Source of the DNA: Bdellovibrionota bacterium
GTDB lineage: Bacteria; Bdellovibrionota; UBA2428
Length of the DNA stretch: 63,038 nt
NCBI GenBank assembly: GCA_964201665.1
Contig: CAXNEW010000005.1
Coordinates: 1 to 63,038, forward strand
Reading direction: 5' to 3'
Positions within the stretch are counted from its first letter, which is position 1; each line of letters begins with the position of its first letter. Below the pieces are notes generated by a model. That model worked only from the letters and a program-made list of their open reading frames with translations. It was not told where the DNA came from and made no database searches. Positions 1-9,078 of this stretch are shown piece after piece. A program made the position numbers and the translations under genes.

Positions 1-1613
1 ATTCCACGGGTCATGCGCGCCTCAGAAGTTTCCGTCTCTCCGGTTAAAAACACTGGCCAACCCGCTTCACGTAACTCCACACCAAGAAATCTCGCAAAAC
101 CCTTCAGATCAGCCTCGGCATTGTTCTTCTTTAATCGCCCAACGAAATCGACAAAGGCCAATTCCATTTCAAAAGCCAAACTCTGTAATTCAAGCTCGTC
201 TACAACCTGTTTATCGATCGGAAAAAAAGGGTCGGGACTGGGAGAATCAAGCGGACTCGAAAAAAAGAGTCCCTTCTTTAAAAACTCCACCACTTCTTCA
301 GGAGTCTGCGATACTTCCAAAACTTTTTCAAAAAAAATCTTTTTTCCGGGTTGTCCCCAGATTTTTCGGCCTAAGCGCGACAACTCCCAAACCGGCAAGG
401 TTCGATCCGCTGCAAACAAATTCAAAAAGGCAGTAGATGAGGCATAAGAAAGCCCAAGACTTCGTGGATTTCGCCCTGAAACGATCTTTTCTGAGTCATC
501 AACAACGGAACCCAAAGTTTCAAGTCCATCCACGATTTCTAACGCCGCATTTAACTGGGTGGGCGAGAATCCATCGGTTCCTTTTTTTGAATTTAAAAAA
601 CTAACCAAAAATCCGCGAAGCCCAGCCGATGAAATGGGGGTTCTTAAATTTGTAAAATCCTCGCGGGTGTCGCAAACCAGAATCGCTGAATCCGTCCATT
701 TTTGTGCAAATTCGGTTAGACCCCGTATATAGGCTCGCAAACCTTCACTTCTTTCCTCACCATGGGTTACCAGGGCCATATGGTTTTTAAGAATCTGTGG
801 ACCTAAAGATCGCAGGGCTAAAAACTCGGTCTCAAAAATTCTTTGCCCCGAAGAGTTCCATCTAACTTGATAGGATTTTCGAAGGGACACCAATTGTTCG
901 CGGTAAGTTGAGGGAATTTGGAACACTTTTTCAGCGTGTTTCAAAACTGCGATGCCGTTTTCTATGAACCTGATGTAGATCTGAAACTGTCTCAAAAACA
1001 CTTCACGTCGTGATAAAATTCCTTGCAGGATTTTTTCTTTTTCAATCTGTGAAAGCTCAGAGCTTTTTAAAATTTCCGAATTTGACCGAATCCAAGTTAT
1101 ATAGGGGTTCAAGTCTAAAAAAAGCTGGTCCATTTCTAACCAAATCTGATCAAAAGCAGCTAGTACCCAAGAAATTTTTTGCGAGGCTTTTTGCGGGATC
1201 GAACCCAACTTTTGCAAATCCCTAGAAATACCTGGAGGAAGTTTGTAGGTGGTAAGTCCCTGCTGCCTAGAGGCATCTAAGAGGCCGGAATTTGATTCCG
1301 CCACAAGAGTCAAACTTGAGTTAATGCCCTCAATCTGGTCTTTAAATTTATTGGGTTCACCAGTGGCTAAAGTGTAATCTGAAAGTAACTGAAAAAAAGT
1401 TCGAACATTCTGAAGTCTTTGAACATCCTTTGATTTTATTTTTTCCTCACGAATCGTTAAGGGATCCCCAGCCTCAAGCAAAATCCCCAAACGCAACAAA
1501 TGCCGGTAGGCCGTTGGATGTAAAAACTCAATAGGCCCCTCTTCCGCGAAGGTGATTGGGCTTAGACTCAAGGCTGAGCTCAAAAATAAAAAACGCCCTA
1601 ATAACCGCAACAT
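1..1613 (-). CDS. hypothetical secreted protein, partial (3' end runs off the left edge of the window)
   Basis: Absent from the ORF track because no stop lies in the window. Hand translation of the minus strand from the ATG at 1613 gives MLRLLGRFLFLSSALSLSPITFAEEGPIEFLHPTAYRH, a signal-peptide-like N-terminus. I checked the frame for stops at 1-240, 1020-1080 and 1440-1613 and found none. The plus-strand ORFs 13..447 and 1010..1225 are low-complexity antisense shadows. It starts 12 nt after the stop of the upstream gene, which suggests an operon. Confidence 0.6.
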   Translation of the reverse strand, partial: MLRLLGRFLFLSSALSLSPITFAEEGPIEFLHPTAYRHLLRLGILLEAGDPLTIREEKIKSKDVQRLQNVRTFFQLLSDYTLATGEPNKFKDQIEGINSSLTLVAESNSGLLDASRQQGLTTYKLPPGISRDLQKLGSIPQKASQKISWVLAAFDQIWLEMDQLFLDLNPYITWIRSNSEILKSSELSQIEKEKILQGILSRREVFLRQFQIYIRFIENGIAVLKHAEKVFQIPSTYREQLVSLRKSYQVRWNSSGQRIFETEFLALRSLGPQILKNHMALVTHGEERSEGLRAYIRGLTEFAQKWTDSAILVCDTREDFTNLRTPISSAGLRGFLVSFLNSKKGTDGFSPTQLNAALEIVDGLETLGSVVDDSEKIVSGRNPRSLGLSYASSTAFLNLFAADRTLPVWELSRLGRKIWGQPGKKIFFEKVLEVSQTPEEVVEFLKKGLFFSSPLDSPSPDPFFPIDKQVVDELELQSLAFEMELAFVDFVGRLKKNNAEADLKGFARFLGVELREAGWPVFLTGETETSEARMTRG

Positions 1614-1624
1614 TGCGCATAGCG

Positions 1625-2506
1625 TTAGTTTGTTTTGAAGCTTAAGTCAAGGTCCTTTTCGAGCGGGAAAACCTCTAAAAACCAAACATAAGGCATGAAA
1701 ATCGTCAGCAGGGGCACCAGAACAAAAAACCCTAATCCGAGAGTTAGCAGGAGCCCTATATAAAATAGGAATGAATAATAAAATGTAATCCATTTATAAA
1801 AAAACCAGTTCTTAAAAACGAGTTTTAGGCCTATCCCAAAAGCATTTGTTGCGGGAAGTTTTTCAAAATGAACGGCAAACGGCGCCACCGTCCCAGCAAA
1901 ATAAACAAAAAAGAAAACTTGCATGGCTACAAGTGACCAAATGACAAGAAAGGCCCAGCCCCAAACCGGAACCGATTGGAAAACCGTAAGTGCGGTTTCT
2001 AAAAAAGAATTCACCCAAGACTGAATTTCAGACTGACCCATTTGACCTGTAGCCAAAAGTGCAAAAAATGAAATTGGCGTCAAAAACATTCTTGAAATCA
2101 AACTCCCATCAATTCTCAAATAGAGAGTAAGGAAAATAGGAAGGGCCCCCAAAAAAACAACACCCAAATAAGCAAAATATTGAAGGAGCCCCAGCTTCAA
2201 CCATTCGCCCCATTGCTGTGGCACCTGCTTAAAACCTCGAAAAAAAAATTGAAGCCTGACTTCGTCTAATGATTGCCCCTGCCGCTTTGCCCGAACAAGC
2301 TCGGCCATACCCACACAAACAAGAGGTGAAACAAACCAACTGCTTAAAAGAAACCCAATCACCGGAAACTTTGCTAGCGAGATTGAAACAACTAACAAAG
2401 CAAAAAAAATTCCCGTGAAAAACACAAAGCTCCCCTTGTAGTCAGCCCAGGCCTGCTTAATGTGTAAATGTGTTTTGTTGAGTCCAAAATGCGGAATTGG
2501 GGTCAT
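1625..2506 (-). CDS. polytopic inner-membrane protein, function unknown
   Basis: 293-aa ORF with several long hydrophobic segments (FVFFTGIFFALLVVSISL, LGVVFLGALPIFLTLYL, GLLLTLGLGFFVLVPLLTIF). No catalytic motif recognised. Confidence 0.6.
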   Translation of the reverse strand: MTPIPHFGLNKTHLHIKQAWADYKGSFVFFTGIFFALLVVSISLAKFPVIGFLLSSWFVSPLVCVGMAELVRAKRQGQSLDEVRLQFFFRGFKQVPQQWGEWLKLGLLQYFAYLGVVFLGALPIFLTLYLRIDGSLISRMFLTPISFFALLATGQMGQSEIQSWVNSFLETALTVFQSVPVWGWAFLVIWSLVAMQVFFFVYFAGTVAPFAVHFEKLPATNAFGIGLKLVFKNWFFYKWITFYYSFLFYIGLLLTLGLGFFVLVPLLTIFMPYVWFLEVFPLEKDLDLSFKTN

Positions 2507-2521
2507 TATTCGGAGATTATC

Positions 2522-3547
2522 TTAAACGACCTCAATTATGAAACGGGTATTTTGAGATTCTTTATCAAGAAAAATTCGGGTTCCGTTAGCCTCACACAGG
2601 CTTCGGGCCAATGAAAGTCCCATGCCCGTACCCCGATCCTTAGGTTTTGTTGTAAAAAAGGGCTCAAAAATTTTTTCCGCTAATGACCTCGGAATAGGTG
2701 GCCCATTGTTTTCAAACCAAAATTGCAATTTACCCGAAGTTGTTTTTTTGGCTCCAATTTCTATCAGAGCTTTCTCATCGCTTACGGCCTTTTCGGTCAA
2801 AGCATCTCGGGCATTGAGCAAAAGATTCATAATGACCAAGGACATCTGAACTTTGGAGATTTTAAGTTTCTCATGGAATTCAGGCGCTTCGGAATTTAAG
2901 ATTTTTATATCTATTTTTCGGCCCTTCAAAGCGGGGCCAACTAAAACCAAAGACTCCGACAAAATTTCATTTATTGAAGTTTGTGCTCCGCCAAAATTAC
3001 CTTGAGAGCCACCCTGTGAACCATAAATGAATCCCCGCAGGGAGGCCGAAATTTCCATCATACGTTTTACGTTTACATCCAAGCGATCCCACATCTCGAG
3101 ACTGCTTGGCGGCAACTGCCCAAAGGAACCTTTAAGCTCCTCGCGCAATTGCTGAGAAAATGCCCTCACAGAAGTTAGGGGATTGTTGAGTTCATGGGCA
3201 AGAATTGCTGTAAGTTCACCGAGGGTTAAAAGTTTTTCTCGCTGTAGTGTCGCTTCATCAGTTGCCAAGTTTTTAGATTTTTTCCAAACCGAAAACCAAT
3301 TACCCAAGCGCACGAATATAAGGCCAAAAAGTTGCGAAATTCCAAAGGCCCAAATTGTTGTGAACTGAAAGTTTAAGGGCAAAGTTGCTCCAATCGACGC
3401 CGGAGCACGTGAAATTTCCCCATCACTTACAAAAGACTGAAAACCCCAAAAACTAAGTGCCGAGAATGCCACAAAAACAAAAAAATCTCTGGATTGCCAA
3501 AGAGAGGCTGCGACCGGCCCGGCCGAGTTTTTTAACAATGACCTCAT
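2522..3547 (-). CDS. sensor histidine kinase
   Basis: H-box LAHELNNPLTSV. HATPase_c N-box NLLLNARDAL and G-box DRGTGMGLSLARSL. Two N-terminal TM segments. No cognate response regulator is adjacent. Confidence 0.85.
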   Translation of the reverse strand: MRSLLKNSAGPVAASLWQSRDFFVFVAFSALSFWGFQSFVSDGEISRAPASIGATLPLNFQFTTIWAFGISQLFGLIFVRLGNWFSVWKKSKNLATDEATLQREKLLTLGELTAILAHELNNPLTSVRAFSQQLREELKGSFGQLPPSSLEMWDRLDVNVKRMMEISASLRGFIYGSQGGSQGNFGGAQTSINEILSESLVLVGPALKGRKIDIKILNSEAPEFHEKLKISKVQMSLVIMNLLLNARDALTEKAVSDEKALIEIGAKKTTSGKLQFWFENNGPPIPRSLAEKIFEPFFTTKPKDRGTGMGLSLARSLCEANGTRIFLDKESQNTRFIIEVV

Positions 3548-3666
3548 GAAAAAAGCAGACCCCCTCTTTAGACCTATCGGCAGACTTAAAAAGTCTATTG
3601 AGTCTTGTTTTGCCTTTGGAACTGGGCATTAATGGGGACCGACATTGAGTAACAGGGTGGGGGTCG

Positions 3667-5001
3667 GTGATGGGGTTTTCGAAACAGTTGCTAAATTATT
3701 GTTATTTTTGTTTTAAATTCTGTTTAGGTGCTTGGGTTTTTTTAACTTCTCCTCAAAATCTTCGAGCTGAGCCCAGCTGCGCCGACCAAATTAGGGCTAT
3801 TTTTGAAAGAAACAATTCAGATTCCATGGACCTCATGATTCCTGAAACTGTAATGGAGCAGGTTGATCTTATGCTCCAGAAAAACCTGGGACTCAGCTTG
3901 CCAGAGAATTTTGAAACGCGGCTTTGGGCTGAAAACCCAGACACCGGGCTTAAACAAGTTCTATTGGGTCCCCTAGTCCCCAACGAAAACACACCCCCCA
4001 AAGTCAGGGCTTTGTGGGAGGAGGCTGAAAAAAATGGAGCAAAAATCTATGTTCATTCCATTGCCTTTGACCCCAAAAAACCACCCACAGAAGAAATGCT
4101 TCAAAACCTAGAATTTGGACCCTCAAATTTTGTAAATCGACCCGACTCCAATGAGCTTTTCATAGCAATTTCACCTGCCCATGGCCTGCAGCCTTTTGTT
4201 TTGGCCCATGAGAACCAACACCTGAAGGATTTTGTAAAAATTACAAACGAACTCAAACAATCAGGACTTTCAAAAGAAGAAATTGAAAAGCAAATAGCTT
4301 CCAGGTGGAACTCTCCACGTGGAACATTTTTGGCCGAAAGAAATGCTGTAATCGCAGAGGCAAAATTTCGAAGGTCAGAAATTTTAGACGGTGAACTCCC
4401 TCCAAATTTGGATTCAACAAATCCCCTAAATTCTCTTTATATACAGCGGATTGTTTATCCCTATTTCGCTGCTCTCACGCTTTCCACCAAGCAAGTCGCA
4501 TTGTTTTTTAATATTCACTCCCAAATGAAACTGGGTCTGACGGAAGCCGAAATTGCAAAACGATTGGCTGAGGTGGGACGAATCTTGGAACCGATTTTCT
4601 GGCGGAAATTAATTGCAGCCCGCGCTCACTTTGAGGCTTTTTTAAATCACACCGCGAGTCTTCAGGCTGGCAGTGCGATTGAAACGGCAACGCTAGAGGG
4701 ATTCTCAGAATTCATTCAAGGGCTTGCCACCTGGAAAGGAACGGCTCGAAATATCGGCCTACTCAAAGACTATGTCGAATATTCTCGCTCGCTAAGCACC
4801 CCGCTAGAAAAACGTGTTTTCAAATCACTCCCCATGACTGAAAGCTGGGAAAAAACCCGCATCAAATATTTAGAAAAAAATCCTTATGGCAGAAATCCTC
4901 AAAAACCTGATTTATTTCATTTTGCTTTGTCTCGGGCCGACATAAACCCAATGGATTTAGCTCGGCTGTTGGTCGAAAAAAGGCGACTAGAACAACGCTA
5001 A
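3667..5001 (+). CDS. secreted hypothetical protein with an HExxH motif (possible zinc metallopeptidase)
   Basis: 444-aa ORF with a hydrophobic N-terminus (FCLGAWVFLTSPQNLRA). HENQH is encoded at nt 4207-4221. The start could be GTG 3667 or ATG 3670. Confidence 0.6.
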   Translation: MMGFSKQLLNYCYFCFKFCLGAWVFLTSPQNLRAEPSCADQIRAIFERNNSDSMDLMIPETVMEQVDLMLQKNLGLSLPENFETRLWAENPDTGLKQVLLGPLVPNENTPPKVRALWEEAEKNGAKIYVHSIAFDPKKPPTEEMLQNLEFGPSNFVNRPDSNELFIAISPAHGLQPFVLAHENQHLKDFVKITNELKQSGLSKEEIEKQIASRWNSPRGTFLAERNAVIAEAKFRRSEILDGELPPNLDSTNPLNSLYIQRIVYPYFAALTLSTKQVALFFNIHSQMKLGLTEAEIAKRLAEVGRILEPIFWRKLIAARAHFEAFLNHTASLQAGSAIETATLEGFSEFIQGLATWKGTARNIGLLKDYVEYSRSLSTPLEKRVFKSLPMTESWEKTRIKYLEKNPYGRNPQKPDLFHFALSRADINPMDLARLLVEKRRLEQR

Positions 5002-5010
5002 CAAAGCCAA

Positions 5011-5496
5011 TTAAAAAAGAAATCGAAGACCAAGAAGCCCGTAAAAAATATTTTGTTGTTCTTCCAAATCTCTTTGGAATCGCAGCTCAGCCTTGAGTGC
5101 AATCGCCGGAGTCAAGGCAAACAAGTAGCTACCCGCCCCGGTAAGTCGAATTCCACTTTCAACACCCTCGTAGGATCTAAAAAAATAAATGAGAGCCCCT
5201 GAAAATTCCACAGGTTCTAAAAACCAGCGAAACTCAGGTCCGCCGCCGATGCCTTCCTTAGCCCTGAAATTTGGTGTCAACCCAAAGTGCTGATCAAAAT
5301 TGACCCCCATCCCGAATCCATCCACCAAAAGGTACCCCACGTTCACGGCACTCAAAACCTCAGCTGTACTTTCTAAATTTGAACCCACATAGCCTGAGAG
5401 ATAAAAATCCCCTTTGTCAGCCGCAAAAACAGGCTCCTGGATAAAAATGAATCCAATAGCCAGTCCGAGATAAGCAAAAACACGTTTTATAAACAT
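5011..5496 (-). CDS. small outer-membrane beta-barrel protein
   Basis: Signal peptide MFIKRVFAYLGLAIGFIFIQEPVFA, alternating hydrophobic pattern, and a C-terminal aromatic residue (LRFLF). Confidence 0.6.
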   Translation of the reverse strand: MFIKRVFAYLGLAIGFIFIQEPVFAADKGDFYLSGYVGSNLESTAEVLSAVNVGYLLVDGFGMGVNFDQHFGLTPNFRAKEGIGGGPEFRWFLEPVEFSGALIYFFRSYEGVESGIRLTGAGSYLFALTPAIALKAELRFQRDLEEQQNIFYGLLGLRFLF

Positions 5497-6467
5497 TTTT
5501 CAGTTTGCTCAAAACCAGGCTTCAATGCAAATGAATGCCGAGCATGTATTTCGCGAACCGTCCCCGTAAAACTTCTCATAACTATAGAATGGGTCGTAGC
5601 CCCGCCTTTAACAAAATGGACTCCCTTGAGCCAAGCCCCGTCTGTTACGCCCGTTGCACAAAAAATCACCTGACCACGAGCAAGTTCGTCCATTGCGTAA
5701 ACTTTGTCTGGATTTTTTACTCCCATTTTAAGTGCACGAGATTTTTCTTCTTCGCTACGCCACATAAGCTTTCCGAAAAAATCTCCGCCCAAGCATTTAA
5801 GAGCAGCCGCAGAAATAACTCCTTCAGGCGCCCCTCCACTACCTAGCAACAAATCAACACCTGTTTCGGGGTTGCAAGTCGAAATGGCAGCCGAAACATC
5901 TCCGTCAGCAATGAGTTTAATTCGACAACCCATATTTCGAACCTTACCAATGATTTCTTTGTGGCGATCTCGATCCAAAATTACAACAGTAATTTCTTCA
6001 ATCGGTTTCCCTTTACAACTAGAAACTGTTTTTACAAGTTCCTCAGTAGACATTTCATAGTTTATCTTTCCACGGCACTCTGGCCCCACGGCAACTTTAT
6101 CCATGTAGGTGTCAGGCGCGTGTAAAAAATTTCCGCGCTCTGCAATAGCTAAAACCGAAATGGCATCATAGTGGCCGAGTGCACACAAATTGGTGCCTTC
6201 AAGCGGATCCAGAGCCAAATCAACAGCGTGAGAATGGCTTGCACGCCGACCAACTTCTTCTCCAATAAAAAGCATGGGCGCCTCATCGCGCTCGCCTTCA
6301 CCAATAACCACTGTGGCCGCGATATTGACGGTATCTAAGGCTTTTCTCATGGCATCCACTGCGGCTTGATCAGCGGCATTTCTATCGCCTCGGCCCATCA
6401 GGCGGGCGCTTGCAATGGCAGCTGCTTCAGTAACTCTCACAAACTCCAAAGCCAAATTACGGTCCAT
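5487..6467 (-). CDS. glpX: fructose-1,6-bisphosphatase class II
   Basis: MDRNLALEFVRVTEAAAIASARLMGRGDRNAADQAAVDAMR is the typical GlpX N-terminus. I moved the start to ATG 6467, which has GGAG 9 nt upstream. The ORF-track start at 6548 would overlap mutS2. Confidence 0.9.
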   Translation of the reverse strand: MDRNLALEFVRVTEAAAIASARLMGRGDRNAADQAAVDAMRKALDTVNIAATVVIGEGERDEAPMLFIGEEVGRRASHSHAVDLALDPLEGTNLCALGHYDAISVLAIAERGNFLHAPDTYMDKVAVGPECRGKINYEMSTEELVKTVSSCKGKPIEEITVVILDRDRHKEIIGKVRNMGCRIKLIADGDVSAAISTCNPETGVDLLLGSGGAPEGVISAAALKCLGGDFFGKLMWRSEEEKSRALKMGVKNPDKVYAMDELARGQVIFCATGVTDGAWLKGVHFVKGGATTHSIVMRSFTGTVREIHARHSFALKPGFEQTEKCL

Positions 6468-6510
6468 GTAATTTTTCTCCTTCAACGATATCTGCTGACC
6501 TAAATCGATT

Positions 6511-9078
6511 TTATTTTGCTCGTTCAACGACTGTAACTCCATCGCCACCCTCTCCGGGCCAACTGCCGGTTCGATAAGAAAGATCTGCGCGTTCCTTTTT
6601 TAAGTACCCGCGTATGGCATCTTTCAGACGATCCGATCCGTGCCCATGAATAATTGTCACAAGAATTTCTTCTTCAGTTCGATAAATTTCGTTTAAAGAA
6701 TTTTCAACTTTCCTAAGAGCCTCTTCAACAGTTTTTCCCCGTACATCACACAAGAGTGAGCCACTTCCCGCAGAACTTGGTCGCACAGCTGTCGATGAAA
6801 TAACCGGCGCGCCCAATTTTTTTTCTTTGTGTGTATCGGTCAGGGCTTTTTGAGTTTTTGCGTGTCTTTCTTTTTCTCGTGAGAGTTTTTTTATTTTTGA
6901 CCTCGGCACACCTACTTGAAGATCACCCACTAAAACCAAAACCGGAGTTTTCGCGCCTCGTGAAAAATCTTTAGGAGTTTCAACAATTCGACCAACCCCA
7001 AAACCGTCAACCTCTACCCACAAATCGCCAACAATCTGGTTGTCGTGAAGTTCGAGATCCTCGCCGAGTTGAGAGGATTTCTCGGCAACTCGACCACGAA
7101 TTTCATCTGAGACCTCAGAAATTTTTGAGAATAGATTTTTTGCGCCCTGACCTAACTCTACCGAGGTCGCACTTCTGACAGAAGTCGAAAGCTCGTCTCG
7201 AAGCTGACTTAAACTTTTAAGTAAAGATTTTGCCTCTTCTCCCAATCCTTCGCGTTGCTTAAGATCAAGTTCTTTGGCTTTTTCTTGGGCCTTCAATTCG
7301 CGCTCGCGTGCTTTAGACTCAGCAAATTCTAGTTGTTTTTCTTTTTCAATTAATTGAAGGCGCGCCTTTTCGAGTCTCGACAGGGCCAAGGACACATCCT
7401 CATTCATTTCTCCTCGTAAACTTCGGGCCCGATTCAGTACTGCTGAGGGCAATCCCATCTGTTCGGCAATTTCAAAGGCCGAAGAGTCTCCGGGTAGGTC
7501 GAGCTGAATTTTGAAAGTGGGTTTACGATGAGCCTTATCAAACGACATCGAAGCAATTCGACATCGCTCATCGGTCATTGCAAACGTTTTGAGTCCACCA
7601 TAATGAGTGGTCACAAAAACTCTTAAGTTTCGATTGAGAAGCTCCTCAATAACGGATTGGGCGAGGGGTTGGCCCTCCTCAGGTGAAGTTCCAGTGGCAA
7701 TCTCGTCAACCATGACCAAATCACCGGGCCTCGTATTTTCAAGCATGCCCTTGAGGACTTTGAGGTGGCCCGAAAAAGTGGAAAGATTTTCTTCAATGCT
7801 TTGATCATCACCAATATCGGCCATAACCCCACGCAGATCGCTCGGAACTGTGGCTTTTTGAGCCGGAACTGGCAAACCCGACCTGGCCAACAATACCGAC
7901 AGCCCCAGGCTCTTTAGCAAAACAGTTTTTCCGCCGGTGTTGGGGCCCGTTAAAACAAAGGCCCCCTTCCAGCTTAGCGAGTTGTCTACGACCTCACGCT
8001 GCAGACACAAAAGCGGATGGTACAGTCCCTCAAAAGTTAGAAAAGAATCTGCCCCGGTGGCCGTAAGGTCCTCTGCCACGGTAGCCACTCTTTTCCAGTC
8101 TTCAATCCAAAGTGAGGAGGCCAATAAAAAATCAGCCCGGGTAATAATTTCAACATTAGTTTCAAAGGCCCTTAAAAAAGGCTGCGAGTCTTTTACAACT
8201 TCCGAAAGAATTCGCTCGATCTCGTGCTCAATTTCCATTTCGGTAACTTTAAGTTGATTATTCCATTCCACAATTTCTTGAGGCTCAATAAAAAGTGTTG
8301 ATTGTGAATTTGAAACATCATGAACAATTCCGGGAACCCGTCCTCTGAAATTGGTCTTGATGGGAACCACATAGCGGCCATCTCGCAGGGTAATATAGAA
8401 ATCCTGCATAACTTCCGCCAAACGGGGGTTATGCAAAAAATCATCCAGGCGATTTTTAATTTTTTCATGCAGTTCTTTAGATAAAGAGCGCAAGGCCCTT
8501 AAATCCTCAGACGCAGAGTCAACAATCTGTCCCTGGCTATCAAGAAGCGGAAAATGTTTACGACTCCATTCCTCAGCCAATTGGATTCCAGTTAGAGTCT
8601 TAAGGAGTGAGGCCTTTGTTGTGCCATAGCGATTTAAAAAATGATACAGCCCCTGAGCGCTTTTATGAAACCGAACAAGATCTACAAATTCCGAAACAAC
8701 TATCGAGGCTGACCTCTGAATCCGAACCAAGATATTGCCCAAATCGGGGACATCCCCGAGAGGCAAATTTAACTGACTCTCGCGTCTGAGATCCAAAAGC
8801 TCGAGAACCGCCTGAGACTGTAAAGAAGCCTCGCTTCTGTTGAGTTCTGTTTTTTTAGAATCATAAAAATGGGGGGCCCAGCCTGGATTTAGATTTTCTG
8901 CAGCGCGCTTTCCAAAAACAGAGCGAGCACGGTTAGAGATTTCAAAACGAACAGTCTGCCTCTCAAGAACTTCAAGAGTTCTAAAATCTACCCAAAAGTT
9001 GGGATCGGTTTCGTTTTGTATATTTCGAGAATCCAAACTTAAGAGACTACGCTCCCTTGATGAGACTTTCAAATTCAC
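6511..9078 (-). CDS. mutS2: endonuclease MutS2 (MutS ATPase plus C-terminal Smr domain)
   Basis: Walker A GPNTGGKTVLLKS. MutS domain V motifs (DEIATGTSPEEG, TTHY). C-terminal Smr domain (DVRGKTVEEAL...TIIHGHGSDRLKDAIRGYL). The start codon at 9078 is GTG and is uncertain. Confidence 0.9.
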   Translation of the reverse strand: MNLKVSSRERSLLSLDSRNIQNETDPNFWVDFRTLEVLERQTVRFEISNRARSVFGKRAAENLNPGWAPHFYDSKKTELNRSEASLQSQAVLELLDLRRESQLNLPLGDVPDLGNILVRIQRSASIVVSEFVDLVRFHKSAQGLYHFLNRYGTTKASLLKTLTGIQLAEEWSRKHFPLLDSQGQIVDSASEDLRALRSLSKELHEKIKNRLDDFLHNPRLAEVMQDFYITLRDGRYVVPIKTNFRGRVPGIVHDVSNSQSTLFIEPQEIVEWNNQLKVTEMEIEHEIERILSEVVKDSQPFLRAFETNVEIITRADFLLASSLWIEDWKRVATVAEDLTATGADSFLTFEGLYHPLLCLQREVVDNSLSWKGAFVLTGPNTGGKTVLLKSLGLSVLLARSGLPVPAQKATVPSDLRGVMADIGDDQSIEENLSTFSGHLKVLKGMLENTRPGDLVMVDEIATGTSPEEGQPLAQSVIEELLNRNLRVFVTTHYGGLKTFAMTDERCRIASMSFDKAHRKPTFKIQLDLPGDSSAFEIAEQMGLPSAVLNRARSLRGEMNEDVSLALSRLEKARLQLIEKEKQLEFAESKARERELKAQEKAKELDLKQREGLGEEAKSLLKSLSQLRDELSTSVRSATSVELGQGAKNLFSKISEVSDEIRGRVAEKSSQLGEDLELHDNQIVGDLWVEVDGFGVGRIVETPKDFSRGAKTPVLVLVGDLQVGVPRSKIKKLSREKERHAKTQKALTDTHKEKKLGAPVISSTAVRPSSAGSGSLLCDVRGKTVEEALRKVENSLNEIYRTEEEILVTIIHGHGSDRLKDAIRGYLKKERADLSYRTGSWPGEGGDGVTVVERAK

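Noticed and set aside
13-1225. Plus-strand ORFs 13..447 (144 aa) and 1010..1225 (71 aa)
   Set aside because: Low-complexity, Ser/Lys/Phe-rich translations lying antisense to a long open minus-strand frame with a good signal peptide starting at 1613. I treat them as shadow ORFs.
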